A DNA stretch of 64,000 nt from Octopus sinensis (lineage: Eukaryota), in assembly GCF_006345805.1 (NCBI RefSeq), contig NC_043000.1, positions 682,001-746,000 on the forward strand. Direction: 5' to 3'. Shown here in pieces: positions 13,281 through 25,223 of the stretch. The notes under the pieces are model-generated. The model had not been told where the DNA came from, did no database searches, and saw only the letters and a program-made list of their open reading frames with translations. Position 1 is the stretch's first letter. Each line of letters begins with the position of its first letter. Both the position numbers and the translations under genes were made by a program.

Positions 13281-13870
13281 ATAATGCGGTTTTTTCAACA
13301 GCTTGAACTAAATGTCAGAGGGGAATGGGATAAACTACTTATATTACTTGCTATAAAAGCAGGTAGTAATTTTATCTTGTCCTTATTCATAGTGCAAGTT
13401 TTGAAGAGTGCATTTCGATTTTAACAGCTATTTTTTTCAAAGCTATATTGGAAGTAACAAAGGGCATTTTGGCATATTTTGCTTTATGAGTTCAATAAAG
13501 ACAACAACGCAACGGAAGTACAAGAATATTAATGCAGTATATGGGGATTGGACAATAAGCGTAAGGCAGTGTCAATGGTGGTTCCAGAAATTCCGAGCCA
13601 TAAACTACAGCCTAGAAGACGAGCCTCATCCTGAAAGATCTGTAGAACTCGACAAGGACATCCTGAAAACCCTGGGACAAAATCTCATCGTAACTATTGA
13701 GGACTATAGAGAGGAGCAGAGAGCTTGGGATTTGGTCATTCACCATTCATTGAGACCTGTGTGCTATCGGAAAAGTCAGCAAATTGGTCAATGGGTTCCT
13801 CACGAACTTTCCGAGTCTAATTGCATGCAAAGAGTGAATGTATGCTTTTCTTTGCTGTCACATCTCACCA
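13281..13870 (+). pseudogene. Mariner transposase N-terminal half
   Basis: NINAVYGDWTISVRQCQWWFQKFR..LEDEP and GQWVPHELSE (WVPHEL motif); frameshifted. Confidence 0.88.
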
Positions 13871-13884
13871 CTACTGCGCTATGT

Positions 13885-14523
13885 ATATATATATATATAT
13901 AAAACTGTAGTTGTGTGAGTGTCTGTCCCCTTCGATTTAGATTCCTAACTACTCCCACATTTTGCGGTGCAGTTTAACCAAATTCGGGTAGCTTATAGTC
14001 GTGATTCATATCGAGCCCGTCTGAGTATTAGCGCGCGTCTACGATGAGTCTACGATTTTAAAAATAATTTAACATTTTAAATTCCATTTTAATGCATAAT
14101 TTTTCGTGTGTCGATTGCGGCGGAGTTGGCGTCCACGCTCACACCTGCACTGTGGGGAAGGGAGTGTAAGGAAATCAACGTCGTAATGCGTTGTCAAGGA
14201 GACCAGCGTTCTTTTAGAACAACGACTTCATGGCTTGAAGACACCAAAACAGAAATGGCTAAGAAAGGCGTCTACATGAGTCTACGATTTAAAAAAAAAT
14301 TTACCATCGTTTTTTTTCCATTTTAATGCATGATTTCGCTATTATATAAGGGAAGTACACTCTCTAAAAATGTCTACGATGAGTCAACGATTTAAAAAAA
14401 AATTTACCATCATATGTTTTCCATTTTAATGCATTTTTTGCTATTTTTTGGCTATAACTCTCTAAAAATGCTTATATAGTTATTTCCCTTACAAACCCGA
14501 GCAACGCCGGGCGATACTGCTAG
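13885..14523 (+). mobile_element. Non-autonomous Helitron
   Basis: 3' hairpin cccgagcaacgccggg followed by CTAG|t; homolog at 58557-58950. Confidence 0.8.
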
Positions 14524-14660
14524 TAGTATATAAGAATACATTATTCAATCTGTTCTTCGCTTATGACGTATAGTTTGATGAGAAATTCGTCTCCTATATC
14601 TTGCATGTCAATTGACCTCATAGAACAGAAGTCTTCATCTTAGTTCGTAATATAGCCCTT

Positions 14661-14691
<31 letters not shown>

Positions 14692-14724
14692 CATGCATAC
14701 ATACATACATGCATATATTTAATA

Positions 14725-14766
<42 letters not shown>

Positions 14767-15504
14767 CTATATATATACATACATGCATACGTATATTGAT
14801 ATATATATATATATATGTAAGAGAAAAAATCTATCAGAAGGAACTCTATCTCTCTTAAAATATCTTTTGATAAGCATAACAAATGCGCAACCGGTAAAAA
14901 GAACTTTCACCTAATTAAATACACTCTCCCTTACTTAAATCATTTTGTCAGCTTTTCTTCATTTCCTTTTTTATATATCACAACTCGTGTTCCACATCTC
15001 CTTTTTTAAATATATATATATATATACATACATATCTAAGGAAAAAGTTAATCGTCACTACATGTGACTGGAGCGGGAGGAGAAGCACCTACATCGCTAG
15101 AAATAAGAGTCAAACCCTCTTCATGCTGTAAGAGCGCAATATATATACAGTGACAGAGGAAGTAGCCGCGTCATGACTAAAATCACCAGACTAGACTAGT
15201 TTCGCCTGTTTTGTGGACATCATCAGTAGTAACTACTCAAACGGTCGGTGGTTTGACTACCTCCGTCTACCAGTATATATATTTTTACCATAAAAATTTA
15301 TGGCTTATATATATATATGCATACATGAATGAATGTATGCATGTACGTACCTATGCTTGTATTCATTGCTTACTTATTGATATTTTGAATGTGTCAGAAT
15401 TGGTAAAATATGAATCTAGAGTTGATACAACAGCTAGGTGAAGTACTGGGTGCTCGTATGTAAGTAGTGCCATGGTATATTCACCGTTTTTAGAACTGAC
15501 ACTA

Positions 15505-15865
15505 ACATAATTCTGTCCGTCTTTTCGTTCTGAGTTCAAAATCCGCCGAGTTCGATTTTACCTTTTATCCTTTCGAACTCGATAAAATGAGTAACAATTG
15601 AGTCCTGGGGTCGATGTGATCGACTTACGCCTACACCAAAATTGCTGGCATTGAGCCAAAATTTGAGAGCAATATTTGACTCAAAGCTAGAAATTTTAAC
15701 GGAAAGACCCAAGTATTTAACTAATATTTCCTTTTATCGATACCGGAAGGAATGACAGGTAACGTTGATCTCAGTGTGACTTGAACTCACAGCGTAAGGC
15801 GCCAGAAGAAATGCCGTAAGACATTTTGCCCAATGTGCTAATGATTCTGCTAGCAAGCCATCTTA
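15505..15865. mobile_element. Two degenerate family A SINEs, convergent
   Basis: + copy 15505-15670, - copy 15700-15865. Confidence 0.65.
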
Positions 15866-16140
15866 GATTAATAAAATAATTTTTAAAATATAATACTGGA
15901 TCTAGGATTTTTTATCAATAAAGAGACAAACAGAAAAAATAAGCTCTTTATAAGAACATGAATATAATTAAAATACAGTTTCAGTTTTGATAGTTAAACT
16001 GGGATCCAACACTAAAAATATTATGTTTACATTGAAAGAAAAGAAAAACCTGCAGATTTGTTTACAAGAATGAAAATATGTGAGAGTTAGTTTTCATATA
16101 TTTATCTTCTTTATTGTTTGTATTATTTTATTTGTAACAG

Positions 16141-16161
16141 CACGTTTCGCTTTGTTTAACT
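16141..16161 (+). CDS. Candidate 21-nt phase-1 micro-exon (RFALFN)
   Basis: Long T-rich tract ending gtaacag; donor T|gtaaat is moderate. Confidence 0.25.
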
Positions 16162-17164
16162 GTAAATATCGTAATATTTCTTTAGAGTTTAAGGTGGCTC
16201 ATAAAAGTATTCAGACAGAACATTAAGAATTATTCTCAGTGTTATTAAAGTAGCAAAATGACTTGAGAAGATTAGGAACTAGACAAACATACTGTGGTTG
16301 ACATCCTGACATCGGCAATTTGCCATGGACATAATTACATCACAGGAGATTGTTTACAGTAACAAATGTACTTCCCAAATTGCACTTGAGCTTAAAGGCA
16401 ATCCGAACTTTTAGCAGTATTGTCATTGCAGTATTTGCTTTTATGAGTCAGCCATAAAAGAAGAAAGCATTAACATTTGCCGAACCTACGTCCCCTTATG
16501 AGAATGGTGTTGTCAATACTCAATCTGAAAGTCTATTAGGGAAAAGCATAGGTTAGCGAAAAAAAGTAAGCCTGGTTCGAATTCAAAATGAATTCCTGGT
16601 TCGAATACAAAACGAATTCCACTGAAAGATGGAATGATGGGCCAAACTTCTAGATTGTATGACAGTTTGAAAGAAAACGTCATAATTCTATGAGCATCGC
16701 CTGTATTTGTTTAAGCCTGATAGCTAGACCCACATATAAGCCATGAGTCATTTGCACGTATTCATAAGCATGTCTTTGAAATAATTTTCCGAAATCTGTA
16801 GTAGGAATAATTTCCGGTATGCAACACCTGAATTTTCAGGACCGAAATACCTCCTCAGAAATTCTACCTGTAAAAGTTAATTAATCATTCGTCTATTTGA
16901 GCGACTTCTAAGTGAAAAATAACCAATATCACAATAACAGTCAAATACACCTGCAGTACATATTCAGTGACTTCTAATTTTCAGCAAGTTAGCCGTATTT
17001 AGTCTGATGACAACATGCCAGCTAAAACTTCGAAGTCACTGTTATCTCTTTCCTTGTAAATATTAATAAACATAAACTATACAAAAAAAATATCCCTCGG
17101 TTTCATATTAAAGTGTTTTTAATTTCACTTAGGAACAAACATTGATATATACATATATAGGCTA

Positions 17165-17335
17165 ATCAAAAATACAAACAAGAACAAGAAAAACAACAAA
17201 AGTCAAAAGGACGTATAGAGTAAATGTATTACACCGACACTCAAGAAGGCTTAAGAGGGGAAAAAAAGCAGGGCGGGACGTTTCGTGTATGGCTGTCCGG
17301 AGAGAAGGAAAAGAATAGTCCGAGAAAACGATATA
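17165..17335 (-). mobile_element. Degenerate Penelope-like terminal repeat, ribozyme core lost
   Basis: Resembles 19970-20150 and 61833-62030; only acgtttcg of the hammerhead remains. Confidence 0.45.
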
Positions 17336-17376
17336 TGTTGTTACATATGTATACACACACACACATATATGTATAT

Positions 17377-17462
<86 letters not shown>

Positions 17463-17518
17463 ACTATATATATATACATACATATATATATGTATGTGTA
17501 TATATATATATATATATC

Positions 17519-17686
17519 TTCTACTGGTTTCAGTCATTTGACTGCGGCCATGCTGGAGCACCGCCTTTAGTCAACCAAATCGACCCCGGGACTTATTATT
17601 TGTAAGCCCAGTACTTATTCTATCGGTCTGTTATGCCGAACCGCTAAGTGACGGGGACGTAAACACAAGCAATGCTAGGGGGACAA

Positions 17687-17720
<34 letters not shown>

Positions 17721-17896
17721 ATATATACATATATACGACAGGCTTCTTTCAGTTTCCGTCTACCAAATCCACTTACGAGGCATTGGTCGGCCCGGGGCTA
17801 TAGCAGAAGACACTTGCTAAAGATGCCACGCAGTGGGATTGAACCCGGAACCATGTGGTTTGTTAGCAAGCTACTTACCACACAGCTACTCCTGCG

Positions 17897-17899
<3 letters not shown>
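17519..17899 (-). mobile_element. Family B SINE, full length
   Basis: Complete reverse copy. Confidence 0.92.
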
Positions 17900-17946
<47 letters not shown>

Positions 17947-18052
17947 TATATAATTTCAACAATTGAGGGTAAAATTAATTAATTAATTAATCAATTTCAC
18001 CAAGTATTCAGTATGCAAAGGGACCATTTAGGCAAATTCAAATTATTACATT

Positions 18053-18404
18053 ATATAAAAGGGCTTAGTAAAATAAATTACTTTGCCGCATACTGAACTC
18101 GTTAGAAATAGCAGCTGAAAAAAACTATTTCTAACACTTAAAGAAACCTCTCTCATATAGTGTTGCTCAATTCAACCCAAGAAAGTATGAGGGTAGAGAC
18201 ATTAAAAAATCAATGCAAAGGTTATTTGAATAACCTTTGCCATTTGATTTTTAATGTCTTACCCTCATACTTTCTTGGGTTGAATTGAGCAAACACTATA
18301 TGAGAGAGGTTTTCTTTAAGTGTTAGAAATAGTTTTTTTTTAGCTGTATTTCTAACGAGTTCAGTATGCGGCAAAGTAATTTATTTTACTAAGCCCTTTA
18401 TATA
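18053..18404. repeat. ~350-bp near-perfect palindrome, 2-nt loop
   Basis: aagggcttagtaaaat...gcaaaggttatt-tg-aataacctttgc...attttactaagccctt. Confidence 0.92.
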
Positions 18405-19455
18405 TATCATATATATATTATATATAATATATAAATATTTAAATAATGAGGGAGATAAATTAATATTAATTTTGATATCAATTTAAAACCGGTAGTCCAG
18501 CATACAAAAAATCTGAGAAGTCAGAGAAAATTCTAATATATGTGTATATTGGCAGGGCAAACTGCTAGGTAGTCGGCTGTATGCTAGAAATAGATCATCA
18601 ACGATCAAACTACAAAGGAAATTCTCTAGAGGAAAAATTCAGCGAACACCAGAACCAAATTTGGCGGGCAGGACAGATGAAAATTTATATGAAAAACAGA
18701 ATTGCCCTGCCAATATATACATATATATATATATATATAGATATATATATATGGGTGTGTGTGATTGTGTATAGAAGAATATATTAATAAAAAGAATTCC
18801 AACCTTGTCTGATTTTATTCGTTTATTTACAATCTTATAATGATATATTATAAGATAATATATTATAATTGAATAAAATAAAATGAAATAGTAGAATGTT
18901 AAATATTCATTCTGATTGAACTAGTACTTTCATGCATTGAATTCTGCAATCTTCGGGTTCATGTAGTAGTGTTGACAGTCATGCTTCACAATTTTTGACT
19001 GTAGTAAGATGATTGATTCTGTGCTATAAATACAGCTGGGAGAGGCTCCAGAGTGCTAGGTTTTGCAAACTGTATTCTGACCAATCAGTGTGTAGTATCA
19101 CTCAATACTTAAGCTGATTGGTTGGTTGAGCTGATTGGTTTAGGCATCACGCTTTGTTGGACATGTCAAGAGTCCTGTATCTTGACCCTGGCCGAAGCAG
19201 CAATTGTTGGGTTATTTTTAGAAATGTTGTAAATATCCTTTGTCAGAGATTTTTATATTTTTATATTTCAATTGTCATCATCATCATTGTCAGCACCTTA
19301 ATTATTGTTGCTAGTGGTGATGGTGGTGGCAATAGAATTTTTAACCCTAAATAAGATAATTTTCCTGCTATCTTCATCTTGATCACCTTTAGTATTGTTG
19401 TTGTTGTTAGTGGTCATGGTCGTAGCAGTGGAAGTAGTACCTCTAAGTATTATTA

Positions 19456-19917
19456 TTATTGCTTATTTAGCTTGGGTTCGAATTTATCAATAAAATTTTT
19501 TTCTCTGATTTTCCTCTCGATTTCACTTGGGCTGTGTAATTTGTAGAATGGAAATATTATATATATTTTCCGACCACATGTTGCTAGGTGGTTACTCAAA
19601 GGCATCTGACGGACCTCTGGGTCTCTAATCTGTTGTCGGTGTACACGTGAGCGTTCTAATAGTGCGTTTCCCGTCTGACCTACATATATTTCTTCACAAT
19701 TTGGGCATTTGATGCAGTAAATTAAATTTCTGCTTTTGCAGTTCATATTCGCGTTTGTGAATATTTTCTCGGTTTTTGTGTTTATATATTGACCGGTATG
19801 TATGAATTGGCATGTGCCACATCGGCTATCATTGCATTTAGATACCGTGAATGTTTGGTCTTTGTTGCTGAGGTCAAATTTTGCCTTTGTTAGTAATGTT
19901 TTCAAGTTTTTAGGCTG

Positions 19918-19925
<8 letters not shown>
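19456..19925 (-). mobile_element. Penelope-like element GIY-YIG endonuclease domain, open frame
   Basis: KCNDSRCGTC..NCKSRNLIYCIKCPNCEEIYVGQTG..ERSRVH..IREKNFIDKFEPKLN; Zn-binding linker plus IY-x-YVG, R, E, N motifs. Confidence 0.92.
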
Positions 19926-19969
<44 letters not shown>

Positions 19970-19971
<2 letters not shown>

Positions 19972-20150
19972 TAAATACAAAAGAGCCGAAGAACAAACAC
20001 AAGAAACAAACAACAACGCGAGGATGTGGTACATGCAAAGTATTAGCAGACGTACAGGGAAGGAGAAAAAGGTGATTTTACGTTTCGAGCAAAGCTCTTC
20101 TTCAGAAACGAGACAGAAGAAAAAAAAATCGCCAACGATTCACATGTGGT
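19970..20150 (-). mobile_element. Penelope-like terminal repeat
   Basis: Contains a hammerhead motif; homologous to 61833-62030; same orientation as and adjacent to the GIY-YIG fragment. Confidence 0.7.
20076..20108 (-). ncRNA. Minimal type I hammerhead ribozyme
   Basis: ttt CTGAAGA a gagc-ttt-gctc GAAAC GTA aaa. Confidence 0.75.
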
Positions 20151-20154
20151 TATT

Positions 20155-20350
20155 AGCAGAATCGTTATCACGCCAGGAAAAATGTTTATCGGTATTTCTT
20201 CCGTCTTTACGTTCTGAGTTCAATATCCGCCGAGGTTGACTTTGCCTTTCATACTTTCGAGGTCTTAAAAAAACATTTACTAATCGAGCACTGGTATCTA
20301 TATAATCGACTTGCACACTCCCTCGGAAATGTTGGCTTTCTGCTAAAATA
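20155..20350 (+). mobile_element. Degenerate family A SINE
   Basis: gcagaatcgttatcacgcc...gttctgagttcaat..gccgaggttgactttgcc. Confidence 0.75.
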
Positions 20351-20483
20351 TGAAATTAATATATATACTATTATGCATCTAATTTTGAATAAAGAGGAAA
20401 GAGTGAGAGATTTTGAAATGAGAGAGGGAGAGAGGGAGAGAGAGAGAGAGTACGTGTGTGTGTGTGTATCAGCAGTTAGTATA

Positions 20484-21049
20484 TTGGGCTGTCCGGAAAG
20501 TTCGTGCCGATTTATAGTAGCTTACATTTCCACTTATTTTAGAACATGGTTGAATCCATAAAATAGGATTTGACTACACCTCCATTTAGAGCACAGTTTA
20601 AGCTATCTTTTCATGGAAGAATGTTTATGTTCCTATAATCTGTGTTAATTCTGTAACCCTTTAAAATGGAAGATAAGAAAGTTCATTTTCGGCACTTGAT
20701 GCTTTGGGAAGCAGACAAAAATTGCTGCAGCTTGGCTGGGATGTGTTACCCCACCCTCCATATTCACCATATATTGCTCCTTTGGATTTCCACTTATTCA
20801 GGTCTCTGCAGAATAGTCTTAATGGTAAAAATTTCAATTCCTTGGATGACGTAAAAAGAGACCTTGATGAATTCTTTGTCATGAAACCACCTCAATTCTG
20901 GGAAGAGGGTATTTTCAAGTTAAAGGAAAGATGGAGATGCATTGTGCAACAAAATGGTTCAAATTTGGTTGATTAAAATTATAATAGCAAGTATTTATTG
21001 ACCTTTCTCTTTCCTTTAAAAATCGGCACGAACTTTCCGGACAACCCAA
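20484..21049 (+). mobile_element. Internally deleted mariner with both TIRs and TA TSD
   Basis: ta|ttgggctgtccggaaagttcgtgccgattt...aaatcggcacgaactttccggacaacccaa|ta; MEDKKVHFRHLMLWE fused to LGWDVLPHPPYSPYIAPLDFHLFRSLQN. Confidence 0.93.
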
Positions 21050-21284
21050 TACGTATGCAGAACATCTGACAGCTGCCATTTAAGCTCGTTTATTTGTCCT
21101 GAGCTTAAAGTTACGAAGGCGTCTTAACCGTTGTTTTAACATCGTCGGTGAAATATGTTTTGTATTCATTGTCTCAAAGTTTAACAATGGACGCGTGTTT
21201 GCCTCATATTTGTCTAATATAATCGCGTTTTTTTGCTTTCTTTTCTTCTATTTTATTTTCCATATTCTTTCCCTTTTTCTTCTG

Positions 21285-21895
21285 GCAGAATTCTTAGAGT
21301 ATTAACCTTCTGAATTCAAATCTCACTGAGACCGACTTTGCCTTTCATCCTCCCAGCGGTTGATAAAATAAAGTACCAGTGAAAAGTCACAGTCGATGGT
21401 AACGAATAAATCCCTTACCTCAAAATTAATGACCTTCTTACTAAATAAAATACCCTTATAAAATGGCGCTGTGCAGGTATATTCAATAAAACGTAGGACA
21501 AAATTCTTCGTAATATTTGTTCTGGTTCTTTACTGTTTCTGGGGTCAAATACAGCCGAGGTCATCTTCACCTTTCATGCTTTCGGAGCAGATGAAATAAA
21601 GAACCAGTCAAGCACTGGGGTTGATGTAATTGGCTTGTTTCTTCCCTACCAATTTTGAATCAATTCTTATTTTATTATTATATGTATCGCAAAGGCGGCG
21701 AGCTGGCAGAATCGTTAGCACACCAGGCAAAATGCTTCGTGGCAGTTCGTCCGTCTTTACATTCTGAGTTCAAATTCCGCTGAAGTCGACTTTACCTTTC
21801 ATCCTTTCGGGGCCCAGTGAAATACTGGGGTCAATGTAATCGACTAATCCCTTCACCAAAAATTTCAGGCCTTGTGCCTTTATTAGAAAGAATTA
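21285..21895 (+). mobile_element. Three family A SINEs in tandem
   Basis: Copies at ~21285, ~21490 and 21692. Confidence 0.8.
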
Positions 21896-21974
21896 ATTAT
21901 TGTATTGCAAGAAACAAATTCCTGTTCTTGATAACTATATTTCGGTAGTTTGTATTGCACCACACACACACACA

Positions 21975-22125
21975 GATGCGTGACAGTGTGGTAAGAAGCT
22001 TGCTTTCCAACCACATGTTTCCAGGTTCAGTCTCAATGTATGGCAAACTAGGTAAACGTCTTCTGTTATAGCCTTGGGCCGACCGAATCATTATGAGTGG
22101 ACTCGGTAGGCGGAAAATCGCATAT
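21975..22125 (+). mobile_element. Family B SINE, 5' part
   Basis: gtgtggtaagaagcttgctttccaaccacatg. Confidence 0.75.
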
Positions 22126-22430
22126 ATATATATATAAAACGGATTCACAAATTCAATACCAATACATATCTTACATCTATTTTCTTTCCTCCACCTCACT
22201 CTCTATTTTGCATCACATCGAAACTAACTATGACTTAATTTCTCCTCTCACACCGTTACCGATGAAGGGATATTATTAATTAATATCCTAGAGACAGCCG
22301 TAAGACCTTCTATCGATAAATGCTCTAATATCTGTACAGCCTTGGTTTTTATCTTATTACGCAAATATATATATATGTATATGTATGTATGTATATATAG
22401 ACACACATACACAAATACATCCGGTAGACA

Positions 22431-22489
<59 letters not shown>

Positions 22490-22655
22490 ATTATAATGAG
22501 AGTACTACTATTAGTAGATACCAACACGCTAAGAGGGACCAATGCGGTCAAAACTACTAAAATAAACAAAATATTACCGAATGCAAAACTTCAAAACACA
22601 TCATTTTAAAAAAGAATTCAGTTACATATCACATGTGATTTCGCATTTAATGCAG

Positions 22656-22714
22656 AATATGCATTTCATGTTCGTCAGTGCAACAAACTCAAGAGATATA
22701 AGAAAAAAACATAA
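22656..22714 (+). CDS. Candidate phase-1 terminal exon (YAFHVRQCNKLKRYKKKT*)
   Basis: catttaatgcag| acceptor; aataaa at ~22837; weak support. Confidence 0.2.
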
Positions 22715-23165
22715 CATTACAAACTCGATAGCCAACCGTAGAATTCATCGTAGCATGTACGAATGTTTATCCTTACATATCTATGAAAATGGCGGGCTTT
22801 TTCGCAATGCATTTCGGTCACAAATTGCCTAGTCGGAATAAAAATTCAGTATTGAACTATTCCGGTGAAAAATATAAATTAACAATTGAGGATAAAATCT
22901 TTAAAAGGAATTATCAGTAGTCAGCGTGAAAAACCTCGTAAGAGAAAAAATCCGTAAATTCTTCCTCTTTGAAAATATTCATTTATATTATAATGAGGGT
23001 ACTACTATTAGTAGTGTAACTGGTAACATGTAACCCAGTACAACCTGTTGCATGGTCGGGTCGTCGGCGACTAAAGCGGCAACTCCACCAAGCTTGCTTG
23101 GTGAGGAGGGTGTTTATTGGACACCCTGCGGGATGAAAAACAAAAACCGTCAAAGGTTTATATAC

Positions 23166-23256
<91 letters not shown>

Positions 23257-23334
23257 TAGTTAGGGAATATAAAAATTCCCAGCGAAAAAAATTTCAATTT
23301 CGTACACTAAATCAAAAATTCACAATATATTTTA

Positions 23335-23620
23335 TAAATATATATAATTTAAAGACAAACTGCAATTTAGTTATTCAATCAATGCCGAAAATATATTATC
23401 TATAATACCGATTTAGAAAATAATTAAATATATTATAATTTATAATTATTAATCTAAAAAAAATCATAAAATAAACCACACATTTTGGTTTGTTTTGTGA
23501 TTTTTAGATTAATAAATATAAATTATTATATATCTAATTAATTTCTATGTCAGTATTATAGATAATATCTTTTCAGTATTAATTGGATAACCAAATAGCG
23601 GTTTGTCTCTAAATTATATG
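23335..23620. repeat. AT-rich imperfect palindrome, ~140-bp arms
   Basis: ataatttaaagacaaactgc...aaacca-cacattt-tggttt...gcggtttgtctctaaattat. Confidence 0.8.
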
Positions 23621-23741
23621 TATATATATATATATATATATAAAATAAAATATTAGGGAATAAATCCAAACTTACAGGGAAAAATCAGATTTAGGATTGA
23701 ATCTAATTTTATAGCCTAATAGTGGTTTTATCTCAAATTTA

Positions 23742-23784
<43 letters not shown>

Positions 23785-23789
23785 ATATA

Positions 23790-24182
23790 TCTTTCATCAT
23801 TTACTTGTTTCAGTCATTTGACTGCGCCCATGCTGGGGCACCGAATTGAAAGGTTTTTTGTCGCACAAATCGACCCAAAGTCTTATCATTTTTTAAGCCC
23901 AGCACTTATTCGATCAGTCTTTTTTGTCGAACCATAGGGAACGTAAACACACCAATATCAGTTGTCAAATGGTAGTGGAGTCAAGCAGACACAGATACAC
24001 ACACACGCACACACACAAATATATAGTGCAGGTTCCTTTCAGTTTCCATCTACCTAATCCACTCACAAGGCTTTGGCTGGTCCGAGGCTATAGTAGACGA
24101 CACCTGCCCAAGTTGCCACGCAGTGGGATTGAACCTGAAATCATGTGGATCAGAATTCAGCTTCGTACCACACAGCCAAGCC
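23790..24182 (-). mobile_element. Family B SINE, degenerate
   Basis: Reverse match over head and tail. Confidence 0.85.
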
Positions 24183-24551
24183 TGCAGAAAGTGTATATGG
24201 GCACAGAGAGACACAGAGACACGTACAAATACATACATACATGCCTACATGCATGCATACATACGTACATACATACATACATACATACATACATACATGC
24301 ATACATACATACATACATACATACATACATACATACATACATACATACATACATACATACATGCATACATACATACACGTATTACAAATACGGAGGGGAA
24401 AGCACAAAAATGCCAGCAAAAATACCGTACCCCAACAAAATAAAAAATGAAAATGATAGTTAAAGAGAAAAGCAATAAAGAAAATACAACAAAAGCAAAC
24501 AACAAATGTTGGGGAAAAGGCACCAGCGACAATGGAGAGAGAAGGGAGGAA

Positions 24552-24684
24552 GTCACGTGACCCTTTTTGCTGTTTGCTAGACACCAATCAGCACCCCTTC
24601 TATTGCCTCATTTGTAAAATGTTCTAGCTCTGAAAGCAACTAAACCAAACGTCTGCCGAGAGTTTAAACGTTTCTAAGGTGAGT
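24552..24684 (+). promoter_or_regulatory. Candidate Pol II promoter/first exon: E-box, CCAAT, Inr-like, strong donor
   Basis: GTCACGTGAC 24552, CCAATCAG 24584, TCATTT 24608, AAG|GTGAGT 24678/24679. Confidence 0.35.
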
Positions 24685-24789
24685 GCAGATGTTCCTTGGA
24701 TTTTTATTTCCTAGACATGTCCTTGTTCATGGTCCTTGTTGTTGTTGCTGTTGTTGTTGTTGTTCTTATTCTTCTTCTTGTTCTTCTAC

Positions 24790-24869
<80 letters not shown>

Positions 24870-24870
<1 letters not shown>

Positions 24871-25065
24871 GGTGGTGAGTTGTCAGAATTGTTAGCAATG
24901 CTGGACGAAATATTACGATCTGAATTCAAATTTCGCCGAGGTCACTTTTGCCTTTGATCCTTTCGAGGTTGATAAAATAAGTACCAGTTGAACACTGGGG
25001 TCAATGTAATCGACTCATCCCCTGCCCCCGAAATTGCTGGCATTGTGTCAAAATTTGAAACCATT
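24870..25065 (+). mobile_element. Family A SINE
   Basis: Follows an (ATT)n tract; head to tail match. Confidence 0.85.
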
Positions 25066-25223
25066 AATAATGATGCTATTTTTATTAGCCACATGGGCCT
25101 ACGTAGAACGTACACGGACGCAAATATAAGAGCACAAACGGACACAAACGGAGGTGTTTCCCGAATAAACATTTAAAACAAAAGCAAAAATAAACCATAA
25201 AATTATATCAAGTACAATTCCTC

